From Acidimicrobiales bacterium (GTDB taxonomy: Bacteria; Actinomycetota; Acidimicrobiia; Acidimicrobiales; RAAP-2), in the NCBI GenBank assembly GCA_035949355.1, contig DASZIH010000057.1:48-64047 (forward strand): DNA of 64,000 nt, written 5' to 3'. A program made the translations under genes and the position numbers. How positions within the stretch are numbered: position 1 is the stretch's first letter; each line of letters opens with the position of its first letter. The notes below the pieces were generated by a model. The model had not been told where the DNA came from, made no database searches, and saw only the letters and a list, made by a program, of their open reading frames with translations. This document shows positions 18,450-28,183 of the stretch, piece by piece.

Positions 18450-18881
18450 TTAGAAACACGCCGCCAACTCGAAGAGGAACTGCTGCATGGTTCGGATGTC
18501 GTCCAACAACTCGGGGCTGCACGCCTCGAGTTTCTCGTCGCTCAGGAGCCCGTTCACGACGGCCGTCGAACGAAGCGCGACCTGGAGAGTACTCAGCCAC
18601 GCCCAGCCTTCGGCGTCGTTCAGGAACTGCTCCTTCAAGGTCATGACCGAGAGCTCGGCGTTCGAAGCGATCTCGTTCTGGCGCGCTAGTGAGGCGAGCG
18701 GGTCGTCGTCGTCACTGCTCGGGTTGATGGGCGCGTTCAGCGAAAGGTGCCACTCGTGATCTGGGTCGCGTTCGGCCGCAAGTACGTGGGCGAACACCTC
18801 GCGGATGGCCGCGCGACCAGCGTCGTTGAGGCGAACCTCGATCCGACCGTCACGTCGTCGAACGAAGAGTTTGCCCGCCAC
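18450..18881 (-). CDS. DUF2017-like protein
   Basis: Coupled to clpS (TAGTG overlap); AWLSTLQVALR resembles DUF2017; clpS-DUF2017 synteny is typical of actinobacteria. Confidence 0.65.
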   Translation of the reverse strand: MAGKLFVRRRDGRIEVRLNDAGRAAIREVFAHVLAAERDPDHEWHLSLNAPINPSSDDDDPLASLARQNEIASNAELSVMTLKEQFLNDAEGWAWLSTLQVALRSTAVVNGLLSDEKLEACSPELLDDIRTMQQFLFELAACF

Positions 18882-19186
18882 TACGTGTCACGCTCGACGG
18901 TGGCTTGGAGACCGGCCACCTGAAGTTTGACGCAGTACGACTCAGCGCGCTCTCGCTGGCCGGACCACACCACGGCGCGACCTTCATGATGCACGGTGAG
19001 CATCAACTCCGTGCACTTGTTGTCGGAGTAGCCAAAGATCCGTCGAAAGATGACGACGACGACGGTCATCGGGGTCACCGGGTCGTTCCATACGATGACG
19101 TTCCATGGTCGCTCGGTGATGACCGCGACCTCACTCTCGACGTCACTCTCCGTCGAGGAGTTACGAAGGGAGTGCACCGACGGCAT
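18881..19186 (-). CDS. clpS: ATP-dependent Clp protease adaptor ClpS
   Basis: PWNVIVWNDPVTPM, LMLTVHHEGRAVV, ERAESY, GLQAT. Start at ATG 19186. Confidence 0.9.
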   Translation of the reverse strand: MPSVHSLRNSSTESDVESEVAVITERPWNVIVWNDPVTPMTVVVVIFRRIFGYSDNKCTELMLTVHHEGRAVVWSGQRERAESYCVKLQVAGLQATVERDT

Positions 19187-19264
19187 CCTTCTAGTTTCGC
19201 AGACGACTGGTTGGATTGAAAGCGTCGAACCGTAAAGTGGTGATGGATCGATGAGGAGGACAGC

Positions 19265-20170
19265 TTGGTCGCCACGTGGTATCGCGACGCGCTCACCCGT
19301 GTCCGACAACGCGCCAACGTAAAGATCCGCCGCGCCGCGGGCCTGTCGATGGACCCACCAGCGCGTTGCGACGACCCGCTCACGGCGTACAGCGACGTGT
19401 ACGGCGTCACGCGAATCGTGCACGGTGACCTGCCGTCGATGTTGGTGGGAGGACTGGGCTCTCTCTTCTTTCAGATGCTCCACCCGCACGCGATGGCGGG
19501 TGTCGCCCAGCACTCTCGCTACCAGGACGACCCCTTCGGCCGAATGCTCCAAACGGCCAACTTCATCAGCGCGACGACCTTTGGTTCGAAAGAGTCAGCG
19601 GCGGCGGCGATCGATCGAGTCCTCAACGTGCACCAGTTCGTCCATGGCGTCGCCGACGACGGCGCCCCTTACGACGCGAACGATCCCCACCTCTTGATGT
19701 GGGTGCACTGCACCGAACTTTTCATGTTCCTGACGTCGTACCAGCGCTTCGGCGCGCATCACCTGAGCGACGAGGACGCCAACCAGTACGTGGCGGAGAT
19801 GGTCCAGGTCGCCAACGATCTCGGCTTGCACGATCCCCCTCGCAACTTGAAGGAGTTGAACGCGAGACTATTGTCGTTTCGCCCTGAACTTCATCTCAGT
19901 GCGGACGGGATCGCGGCCCGTGACTTCATTTCCCACGGCGTCACGAATCGTCGAAAGCAACGCTTCGTCCACCGCCTCATCGTGCGTAGCGCCTGGTCAC
20001 TCTTGCCCTCCTGGGCGCAAGACCACCTGGGCGTGCGTACGAGTCCCCTCAGTGACGTGCTCGTTTTTCGCCCCGCGACCAGGGTGCTTTCGTACGCGTG
20101 CCGACTCGCCCTTCCACCGGCGCAACGTCAAGTGGCGAGCGACAGTCCCCCGTCAACGACGACGACCTGA
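19265..20170 (+). CDS. Oxygenase MpaB family (DUF2236) protein
   Basis: LFFQMLHP, GVAQHS, PYDANDPHLLMWVH; TTG start after GAGGAGG. Confidence 0.85.
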   Translation: MVATWYRDALTRVRQRANVKIRRAAGLSMDPPARCDDPLTAYSDVYGVTRIVHGDLPSMLVGGLGSLFFQMLHPHAMAGVAQHSRYQDDPFGRMLQTANFISATTFGSKESAAAAIDRVLNVHQFVHGVADDGAPYDANDPHLLMWVHCTELFMFLTSYQRFGAHHLSDEDANQYVAEMVQVANDLGLHDPPRNLKELNARLLSFRPELHLSADGIAARDFISHGVTNRRKQRFVHRLIVRSAWSLLPSWAQDHLGVRTSPLSDVLVFRPATRVLSYACRLALPPAQRQVASDSPPSTTTT

Positions 20171-20853
20171 CCCGTCACGTACGACGTCGTCGCGAGCGCG
20201 ATGATCACGTCCGCGACGTCGTCGGGCGTCCCTGTTCGCCCGAGCGGAGCAACCGATCGTACGAATCCTCGCACGGCGTCCCAGTCCTCCGTCCACGGCG
20301 TATCGATGAGACCTGGCGCGACGGCGTTCACTCGTACTTCTGGACCGACGACTTTGGCGAGCAGTGTCGTTAGATGATTGAGCGCCGCCTTCGACGCGGC
20401 GTAGGGAATCGACGAACCGGTGGGGCGAACGCCCGCGACCGACGAGACGTTCACGATCGATCCGCGACTCTCCTTCAGGGCCGGCATCGCCGCGACACTG
20501 AGCTGCCACGTGCCAAAGACGTTGACCTCGAAGATCTCGCGCCACACGTCAGCGGTGGCGGCCTCGAGGTCTCGATGCGCAATGAGTTTGGTCGTACCCG
20601 CGTTGTTGACGAGGACGTCCAGTTGACCGTATCGCTCGAGCACGGTGCGAACGAGTCTTTCGCCGTCGCCGGCGACCGAGACGTCCGCTTGCACGTAGAG
20701 CGAACCGGGCGTCACGTCGGCGAGGTGCTCTCCCGCCAAGACGCTGCGCGCCGAATTGAAGACGACGGTGTCACCGCGCTGCGCGAAGCGCTGCGCCGTG
20801 GCGAGACCGATGCCGCTGGTCGATCCCGTGACGAGGACGACGCGTGACGTCAC
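20128..20853 (-). CDS. Short-chain dehydrogenase/reductase
   Basis: TGSTSGIG, NNAG, YAASK, VNAVAPG. Confidence 0.93.
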   Translation of the reverse strand: MTSRVVLVTGSTSGIGLATAQRFAQRGDTVVFNSARSVLAGEHLADVTPGSLYVQADVSVAGDGERLVRTVLERYGQLDVLVNNAGTTKLIAHRDLEAATADVWREIFEVNVFGTWQLSVAAMPALKESRGSIVNVSSVAGVRPTGSSIPYAASKAALNHLTTLLAKVVGPEVRVNAVAPGLIDTPWTEDWDAVRGFVRSVAPLGRTGTPDDVADVIIALATTSYVTGQVVVVDGGLSLAT

Positions 20854-21764
20854 GACGATTTACGCCGCAGACGCCACGAACCGGCCCAGTGCTGACCCGG
20901 CTCGAGCACGACGACGTCCTTGCCACTGCGCAACGCGTCGGGCGGACACGTCATGGGTTCGATGGCGACCGACGTGCGGCGACGACCCTTCTCCAGGTGA
21001 TCACCGGTGTACACCTGGAAGTACGGAAAGTTCCGGTCGACGCTGAGTTCGACCTCACCGCCGAGGGCGTCTTCGAGGGTGGCGACGGCGAGGCCGGTGT
21101 CGTCACGCACAAGTTCGGTGTAGGTGACGTCGAGCTCGTGACCACTGAGCGACTTGCGCTTCGAGAAGTCCAGTTGATGTCCCGCCAGCGGGAGGATCTC
21201 GCCGGTGGGCAGTTGACGATCGTCGACGGCCACGTAGGCGTTCGCGGGAATCTCCAACTGTGAACCTTCGATGGTCGGCGTCGTCACTGAAAGATAGGGG
21301 TGAAATCCCACCCCAAAGGGAAGGGGCACCTCATCACGATTGGTGACGGTCGTCGTCACGGTCAGGCCCAGCGATCCGAGGTGATACATGACGCTGATCT
21401 CGCTCAAGAAGGGGTAGTCGGGAGTCGGGTGGAGCAGCAACGAGAGCACGCAGCGATTCTGGTTGACGGCTTCGATACGAAAGGGACGCCAACGAACGAG
21501 GCCATGCGAGGCGGTGGCGTGTGGGACGTCGTCGATGGTGGGGCGCGCCACGCGACCCGAGAACGTCCACTCGCCGTCGCCGATCCGGTTGGGCCAAGGA
21601 AAGAGAACTTGGCCACGCGCGTGAGAGGGAACCTCCTCACCCGCGAAGCCCTCGACGACACTGACGCCACCCTTAACGAAGGTCCGCAGCGTCGCGCCCA
21701 CCTCGGTTATGACGGCACGTTGATCGCCGTGGGCGATCGCGATCTGTTCTCCGGAGGGCAACAT
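20850..21764 (-). CDS. Aldose 1-epimerase family protein
   Basis: LFPWPNRI, HGLV, GFHPY, FQVYT, AIEPMT. Confidence 0.9.
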   Translation of the reverse strand: MLPSGEQIAIAHGDQRAVITEVGATLRTFVKGGVSVVEGFAGEEVPSHARGQVLFPWPNRIGDGEWTFSGRVARPTIDDVPHATASHGLVRWRPFRIEAVNQNRCVLSLLLHPTPDYPFLSEISVMYHLGSLGLTVTTTVTNRDEVPLPFGVGFHPYLSVTTPTIEGSQLEIPANAYVAVDDRQLPTGEILPLAGHQLDFSKRKSLSGHELDVTYTELVRDDTGLAVATLEDALGGEVELSVDRNFPYFQVYTGDHLEKGRRRTSVAIEPMTCPPDALRSGKDVVVLEPGQHWAGSWRLRRKSS

Positions 21765-21820
21765 TAGATGGTTTTCCTTCTTTTCACTGGTACGTAACTT
21801 AGGGCAGTTAGCGTTCGGGT

Positions 21821-22672
21821 ATGCGACTACTCCTTACGAACGATGACGGCGTCCTTGCTCCGGGCATGGCGGTGTTGGCCCGGTGCGTCGCTCGTTGGAT
21901 GGACGACGCACCCGACGGCGAGGCCCGTGAAGCCCTCATCGTGGCGCCCAACAAGAACTACTCGGGTATGTCGTCGGCTGTCGGCGACGTCTTCGAACGA
22001 CCCACGGTCAAGTACCGTCGCTACCGCATCGCGGGTGCCGAATCCATCGTCGCCTATGGCCTCGAGGCACCGCCCGCGCTCTGCGCGATCCTGGGCGCAC
22101 TCGGGAGCTTCGACTTCCAGCCGGACGTCATCGTCTCGGGCATCAACGCCGGGGCCAACGTGGGCCGAAGCGTGCTGCATTCGGGAACGGTGGGCGCGGT
22201 CTTGACCGGAGCGCAACTCGGGCTCTCCGGTCTCGCAGTCTCGGTGCAGTGGGGCGAGGACGTGCACTACGACACGGCCGGTGCCGTCGCCATTGAGGTC
22301 CTCGACGAACTCTTTCGTGCGCCCTCTCGGACGTTGTTCAATCTCAACGTCCCGAACCTCCCCGCCGCGGAATTGAAAGGCGTGCGACGCGGTCGTATCT
22401 CGATGGCCGGGCTCATCAAGGCGGCCGGACCAATGGCCGGAGGTGAAGCGCTGAGCGACGAAGGCGAGCTGCCGCTCCGTCTCGGCGCAGCGAGCCCCGA
22501 ACTCGGCGACGTCAGCGACGAAGACGCCGACGAGGACGGCGCGCTCCTCGTGGCCGGCTACGCGTCGTTGACCCCGTTGCGAGGTCCCCACGAGGACGTC
22601 GACCCCGCGCTCGACGAAGTGATGCACAAGGCACTGCACGCCATCACGCAACAGTTGGAGCGGCTCCGCTAG
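21821..22672 (+). CDS. surE: 5'/3'-nucleotidase SurE family
   Basis: LLTNDDG, VSGINAGANVG, HSGTVGA, NLNVP. Confidence 0.85.
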   Translation: MRLLLTNDDGVLAPGMAVLARCVARWMDDAPDGEAREALIVAPNKNYSGMSSAVGDVFERPTVKYRRYRIAGAESIVAYGLEAPPALCAILGALGSFDFQPDVIVSGINAGANVGRSVLHSGTVGAVLTGAQLGLSGLAVSVQWGEDVHYDTAGAVAIEVLDELFRAPSRTLFNLNVPNLPAAELKGVRRGRISMAGLIKAAGPMAGGEALSDEGELPLRLGAASPELGDVSDEDADEDGALLVAGYASLTPLRGPHEDVDPALDEVMHKALHAITQQLERLR

Positions 22673-23103
22673 TCCTCGTCCGGGCGGCGGCGCTGTACCT
22701 TGAGTTGCCCCCGCGCCTTCTTGTCGTCGACCCGTCGGATCTTGGCACCCTTTGTTGGTTTCGTCGCGCGACGCGGTGTGCGAGGAGTGAGGGCGGTCGC
22801 GAGCTTCTGCGCCAACTGATCGAGCGCGGCCGTGCGATTCTGTCGCTGGGATCTGAAGCGACTCGCGCTTGAACGAACGACCGGGCCGAGGGTGTCACTG
22901 ACGCGTTGCTTGTCGACATCGTTCAACGCGCGAGACTCGTCGACGTGAAAGCTCGCCACCACTCGCGTGAGCGAACGGTTCGCGTGTTGTCCTCCGGGAC
23001 CGCCCGACGTCGTCACGCGGAGCACGATTTCTTCTGCGGGGATCGTGAGACGAGAGCGAATCGACAGCGAGCCGTCGTCGTTGGCCCGCGGGCCAGTCGA
23101 CAC
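22669..23103 (-). CDS. arfB: Alternative ribosome rescue peptidyl-tRNA hydrolase ArfB
   Basis: SGGPGGQHAN (GGQ motif), RSQRQNR, basic tail RRATKPTKGAKIRR. Confidence 0.93.
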   Translation of the reverse strand: MSTGPRANDDGSLSIRSRLTIPAEEIVLRVTTSGGPGGQHANRSLTRVVASFHVDESRALNDVDKQRVSDTLGPVVRSSASRFRSQRQNRTAALDQLAQKLATALTPRTPRRATKPTKGAKIRRVDDKKARGQLKVQRRRPDED

Positions 23104-23106
23104 GGC

Positions 23107-23937
23107 CTAGTGACCGCCGGGAAGTCGCACCATGGCGAGTTGCGACGATGAAGCGACCAGTTGATTCGTGTCGTCAAAGAGTTCACAACGCTGATTGAGG
23201 AAGCCGTCAGCGATGACGACGGCCCACTGGCGAGCGCGGAGCCACTCACTGGTCGGCACGCGGTGCACGTACGAAGTGAGTTGAAGTGTCGGCACCCAAC
23301 CAGAAGAACCCAGTGGCAGCGTCGCTGGGGGTAGGGCGTCGCCCGCGAAGAGCAGGTTCCACGCGTCCCACGACGCTTCGCCGTCGTTGATGCGCAACCA
23401 ACCGCGTACTTCGCCCTGCGTGGACAGTTCGCCGTTCCACCACCCGGTGCACGACGGGTCGAGTCGGAGGTCCACGACCTTCATGATGTTGATCTCTTCG
23501 CTGCCCGTTGATTGACGGCACTTCTCAAGTGCGTCGATCACCGGCATCACGGCCTCTTGGTAGCGCACCAACGAGTCGTCCCGAAGGGTGCCGAGCGTCA
23601 CCAGCGACTCGACCGCGAGTACGTCGTGCTGGAACATCGACACATACACGAACGAGACGCCCCGGCCCACGCGACGAACTTCAACGCGTAGCTCCACCGC
23701 GCCAGGTTCGGTGGCGTTGATGAAATTGGTCGTGACCGCCGTCGCGTGAAGGTGCGTGGCGCCCTCGTCACTGGCCCCGGCGAGCGCCGCGCTCGCCATC
23801 ACACACTGGAGGTAGCCCCCGTGGGGGTGGCCGACGACGGTGAAAAAGGGCGACAGATTGGCCGAGAAACGCCCGCTGCCCAGGGGTTCCACCGCCGCCG
23901 CGGCGCGCAGTGCTCGACCTTGCTCGGCTCGTTCCAT
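23107..23937 (-). CDS. Acyl-CoA thioesterase family (double hot-dog) protein
   Basis: PHGGYL, GDALPP, WVPTLQLT. Confidence 0.85.
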   Translation of the reverse strand: MERAEQGRALRAAAAVEPLGSGRFSANLSPFFTVVGHPHGGYLQCVMASAALAGASDEGATHLHATAVTTNFINATEPGAVELRVEVRRVGRGVSFVYVSMFQHDVLAVESLVTLGTLRDDSLVRYQEAVMPVIDALEKCRQSTGSEEINIMKVVDLRLDPSCTGWWNGELSTQGEVRGWLRINDGEASWDAWNLLFAGDALPPATLPLGSSGWVPTLQLTSYVHRVPTSEWLRARQWAVVIADGFLNQRCELFDDTNQLVASSSQLAMVRLPGGH

Positions 23938-23999
23938 TGGGCAACCTTAACGAACGAAAGAGTCGAAACAGTAGATTGACAGTGCGAAAGAGGTCTCTC

Positions 24000-25478
24000 A
24001 TGAGAACGGTCCCCCACTTCATCAATGGCGAAAGGGTCGAAGAGCCCGGCCAGTCGAACGTCTTCAATCCCGCCACCGGCGAGGTCACGGCGCACGTGCC
24101 GGTTCCTTCGCCCGCCTTCGTCGACCACGTGGTCGACGTCGCGGTGAACGCGGCGACACTTTGGAGTCAGTCCACTCTCTCGCGGCGCACCAACATCCTT
24201 TTCTCCCTTCGACAGCTGCTGGTCGAGCACACCGACGAGCTCGCCGCGATCATCACGTCGGAACACGGCAAGACGATCGCCGACGCGAAGGGCGAGATCG
24301 CTCGCGGTCTCGAGAACGTCGAATTCGCCTGTGGCCTCGTCGAACTCTTGAAGGGCGGCTTCTCCGATCAAGTCGCCGAAGGCGTCGACGTGCACTCGAC
24401 ACGAGAGCCTGTGGGCGTCGTCGTCGCCGTCACCCCGTTCAACTTTCCGATCATGGTGCCGTTGTGGATGAGCGCGAACGCGCTAGCGACCGGCAACGTC
24501 GTGATCTTGAAGCCGTCCGAGCGTGACCCGTCCGTCTCCGTTCGATTGGGCGAACTCTTAAAGGAAGCGGGACTACCGGACGGTGTCTTTAACGTGCTCC
24601 AGGGCAACGCCTCGACCGTGCAGACACTGCTCGAACACCCCGGCGTTGACGCCGTCAGTTTCGTGGGATCGACGCCGGTCGCGCGAGCCGTCCACGAGAG
24701 CGCGAGCAAACATCACAAGCGCGTCCAGGCACTCGGCGGTGCGAAGAACCACATGGTGGTGTTGCCTGACGCGGACCTCGACGTCGCGGCCGACGCCGCG
24801 ATCAACGCCGGCTACGGCTCGGCGGGCGAACGCTGCATGGCGATCAGCGTGATCGTGGCCGTGGGCGACGTCGCCGATCCGCTCATCAAGAAGATCGCCG
24901 ACCGGCTCGACCGGCTGAAGGTCGGCCCCGGCGACGACCCGACGAGCGACTTCGGCCCCCTCATCACGAGAGAACATCTCGAACGCGTCGTGGGTTACGT
25001 CACCTCAGCGAAGGACGACGACATCGAGGTCGTTCGTGACGGCACGACGCTGACGAACGGCGGCGGTTTCTTCGTGGGTCCGAGCCTGCTCGACGGGGTG
25101 CGCCCCGGCACGAAGGCCTACGACGACGAGATCTTCGGTCCCGTCCTCGGTGTCGCACGCGTCGACTCCTTCGACGACGCGATCGAGCTCGTGAACGCCA
25201 ACCCTTACGGCAACGGCGTCGCGATCTTCACCCGTGACGGAAACGCGGCACGGCTCTTCTCGCGCCAGGTCCACGTAGGTATGATCGGCGTCAACGTGCC
25301 CATTCCCGTCCCGATTTCCGCCTACTCCTTCGGTGGCTGGAAGGACTCACTCTTCGGCAACACCCACATCTACGGTCCCGAAGGCTTCGCTTTCTACACC
25401 CGGGGGAAAGTGGTGACGACGCGCTGGCCCCAGCCCTCGGAGTCACAGATCGACCTCGGCTTTCCGCGAACTCGTTAG
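24000..25478 (+). CDS. mmsA: CoA-acylating methylmalonate-semialdehyde dehydrogenase
   Basis: TPFNFP, LKPSERDP, FVGSTP, GGAKNH, GERCMAIS, EIFGP. ATG 24000. Confidence 0.92.
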   Translation: MRTVPHFINGERVEEPGQSNVFNPATGEVTAHVPVPSPAFVDHVVDVAVNAATLWSQSTLSRRTNILFSLRQLLVEHTDELAAIITSEHGKTIADAKGEIARGLENVEFACGLVELLKGGFSDQVAEGVDVHSTREPVGVVVAVTPFNFPIMVPLWMSANALATGNVVILKPSERDPSVSVRLGELLKEAGLPDGVFNVLQGNASTVQTLLEHPGVDAVSFVGSTPVARAVHESASKHHKRVQALGGAKNHMVVLPDADLDVAADAAINAGYGSAGERCMAISVIVAVGDVADPLIKKIADRLDRLKVGPGDDPTSDFGPLITREHLERVVGYVTSAKDDDIEVVRDGTTLTNGGGFFVGPSLLDGVRPGTKAYDDEIFGPVLGVARVDSFDDAIELVNANPYGNGVAIFTRDGNAARLFSRQVHVGMIGVNVPIPVPISAYSFGGWKDSLFGNTHIYGPEGFAFYTRGKVVTTRWPQPSESQIDLGFPRTR

Positions 25479-25636
25479 TCGACGATCTCCGACTGACCAA
25501 CCTCGCCTGACGCACTGAAAAGTATCGACCCTGATGGGTTGACCTACTATTTCTCCAGCGAGCACCGTCGACGAGCGTTGCTCGTCGCGACGCTCTTGCG
25601 CGCAGTAACCACTCCAGTGAGGACGTTCAAGGACCG

Positions 25637-26056
25637 ATGAGCAAGCAGCACACCAGCGTGAGGGCGTACGGGATCCTCGTGCACGACGAGAGCGTGCTGC
25701 TCGTTCGCTCGAGTAGCGCACAGATCAATCCACCCCTCTGGTGGCTGCCCGGCGGCGGCATCGACTTTGGCGAGTCGCCCGAAGAGACGCTCCTGCGTGA
25801 GTTTCGCGAAGAGACCGGACTCTCGGTGAAAGACCCCGTCTTGTTCGACGTCGCGAGCGACGTACGCCGCCGACCGAACGGTGACCGTATCCACACCGTT
25901 CGCGTTCTCTACACCGTTGACCTCGACGGCGGCGAGCTTCGCGACGAGATGGTGGGCACCACGAACCAGGCCCAGTGGTTCAAGCTCCACGAACTAAGCG
26001 AAGTCAACGTCGCCGAGTACGCCGAACGCGCTATTCAGACGGCGTTGGGAAAATAG
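25637..26056 (+). CDS. NUDIX hydrolase
   Basis: Nudix box GGGIDFGESPEETLLREFREETG. Confidence 0.9.
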   Translation: MSKQHTSVRAYGILVHDESVLLVRSSSAQINPPLWWLPGGGIDFGESPEETLLREFREETGLSVKDPVLFDVASDVRRRPNGDRIHTVRVLYTVDLDGGELRDEMVGTTNQAQWFKLHELSEVNVAEYAERAIQTALGK

Positions 26057-27717
26057 AGCGAGGGCATCTCGCGTTTCATCAGCTTGCCCGCAGGATTGCG
26101 CGGCAGTGCCGCACGCGTGAAGGCTACGCGCGAAGGGATCATGTAGGCCGCGAGACGCGTCGAGAGAAACGCGTGGAGCTCATCGGCCGTGAGCGACGCT
26201 CCGTCGCGCACCATCACCGCGGCGGCGACCTCTTCGCCGAGTCGCTCGTTGTAGAGACCGAAGACGGCCGCTTCGTAGACGGCCGGGTGCTCGTAGATCG
26301 CCGACTCCACCTGGGCCGAGTAGACGTTCTCACCCGCGCGGATGATCATGTCCTTCGCGCGGTCCTCGACGTACAAGAACCCTTCGTCACTCACGTGACC
26401 GAGGTCGCCCGTTCGTAGCCATCCCCCTTGGATCGTCTCGTGGGTGGCGCCGGGATTTCGCCAGTAGCCGCGAATCATCGTCGGCGATTTCAACCAGATC
26501 TCACCGCTCTCGCCCGTGGGGAGCGAATGAAGTGACTCATCTCGGATGTCGGCGTCCATGACGATTGTGGGCACGCGGCCGGTGGACGTCGGATGACTGA
26601 GGTAGTCCTCGCCGTAGTTGCCCGGACCGTACGCGTTGGTCTCGGTCATGCCGTAGCCGAGATTCGGCCGGCCCTTCGTGAACGACTGCTCGACCCGCGC
26701 GACCAAGGTTGGCGGCGCCGGTGCGCCGCCACCGCCGACCGCCGTCAGTGACGACGTGTCGTACTTGGCGAAGCTCGGCGACTCCATGAGGTCCCACGCC
26801 TGAGTGGGCACGCCGACGAAGTTGGTGACGCGATGTCGTTCGATGAGAGCGAGTGCCCGTTCGGGGTCCCATTTGTACATCATCACCAGTTTGAAATGCC
26901 ACGTGAAGCACGACAACATCACCGGAATGCAGCCGGTGACGTGAAACAGCGGGACGATCAAAATGAAGCACGGCGCTTGTCCACTCCCTTCCTCGTTGCT
27001 GTCGCGACGAGCCGCCTGGATGGCGGCACCCGACGAGAACGCCATGATCGTCTGACAGATCGCGCCGTGCGTCGACACGGCGCCCTTCGGAAATCCGGTC
27101 GTACCCGAGGTGTAGAGGATCGTGGCGTCGCTGTCGGCGTCGAGATCCACGTCGGGCATCGAGGCACCCTTCACGACCACCTCCTCCCAGCGCTCGACGC
27201 CGGGGGCGTACGTCGTCTCTTCTTTCAGTCGCACGCCGAGGAGTCGTGCACCAGCACGCTCGCACGACGCACTCGCACGAATTATCCGTTCACTGTCGCC
27301 GATGAAGAGTGAAAGACCGGCGTCGTTGACGGCGAAGTCGAGCTCGTCCTCGGTCCACCAGGCGTTGAGCGAGACCGAGATCGCCCCCACCGACGTGATG
27401 GCGCCAAAGGCGATGACCCACTCGGGATAGTTACGCATGGCGATGCCGACCCGATCGCCCTTTTTGATGTCGTAGTGGTTCACCAGGGCGTCGCCGAGGG
27501 CGTCGACCTCGTTCATCACCTCGGCGAACGTCCACTCCTCGTCTTCGTACACGAGGAAGGTCTCGTCGACACCGCGCGCGGAGTCGAAGAACTGGCGCAG
27601 TGTCGGTGGAGCGTTCTTGAAGACTCGATTCGTCACGCCGTCGCGTTCGACCTCGATGACCTCGAACGGCTGGCCCGTCGCGGCGACGTCCGCTATCGCT
27701 TCAGAAAGACTGCGCAC
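26035..27717 (-). CDS. Long-chain acyl-CoA synthetase (AMP-binding)
   Basis: YTSGTTGFPKG, GYGMTE, TGD, PRNPAGK. Start approximate (GTG 27717). Confidence 0.92.
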   Translation of the reverse strand: MRSLSEAIADVAATGQPFEVIEVERDGVTNRVFKNAPPTLRQFFDSARGVDETFLVYEDEEWTFAEVMNEVDALGDALVNHYDIKKGDRVGIAMRNYPEWVIAFGAITSVGAISVSLNAWWTEDELDFAVNDAGLSLFIGDSERIIRASASCERAGARLLGVRLKEETTYAPGVERWEEVVVKGASMPDVDLDADSDATILYTSGTTGFPKGAVSTHGAICQTIMAFSSGAAIQAARRDSNEEGSGQAPCFILIVPLFHVTGCIPVMLSCFTWHFKLVMMYKWDPERALALIERHRVTNFVGVPTQAWDLMESPSFAKYDTSSLTAVGGGGAPAPPTLVARVEQSFTKGRPNLGYGMTETNAYGPGNYGEDYLSHPTSTGRVPTIVMDADIRDESLHSLPTGESGEIWLKSPTMIRGYWRNPGATHETIQGGWLRTGDLGHVSDEGFLYVEDRAKDMIIRAGENVYSAQVESAIYEHPAVYEAAVFGLYNERLGEEVAAAVMVRDGASLTADELHAFLSTRLAAYMIPSRVAFTRAALPRNPAGKLMKREMPSLYFPNAV

Positions 27718-27870
27718 CAAGCACCCCCATGTTGAGGTCATCCTAGACAGGCGTCGTTCGCTCTTACGACACACCTCCAGCTCGCGGCTACCCCCGACGC
27801 GGCGCGAGACCCTCGCCTCGACGTCGCACGGAACCTACACTTCGCACTAGAGATCACTGAAAGGACCGCC

Positions 27871-28170
27871 GTGTTGGCTTCAAACTATCCCTTGTTCGAC
27901 GTCTTCGTCTCGACGCTGTATTTCGCACTGTTCATCTTTTGGATGATCCTCGTCTTTCACATCGTGCTCGACATCTTCAGCAGTCACGATCTTGGTGGAC
28001 CAGCGAAAGCACTTTGGGTGCTTTTCATCCTGGTGCTCCCGGTACTCGGTTGTCTCGTGTACCTACTCGCGCGAGGTGGCGCGATGCACGTACGACGAGT
28101 TCAGGCCGTGCAGGCGCAACAGAAGGCCTTCGAGGACTACATCCGCGCCGTCGCCGCCACTAAGGAGTGA
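27871..28170 (+). CDS. PLDc_N-domain small membrane protein
   Basis: DIFSSHDLGGPAKALWVLFILVLPVLGCLVYLLARG pattern. Confidence 0.8.
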   Translation: MLASNYPLFDVFVSTLYFALFIFWMILVFHIVLDIFSSHDLGGPAKALWVLFILVLPVLGCLVYLLARGGAMHVRRVQAVQAQQKAFEDYIRAVAATKE

Positions 28171-28183
28171 CGTCGAGCGATTG

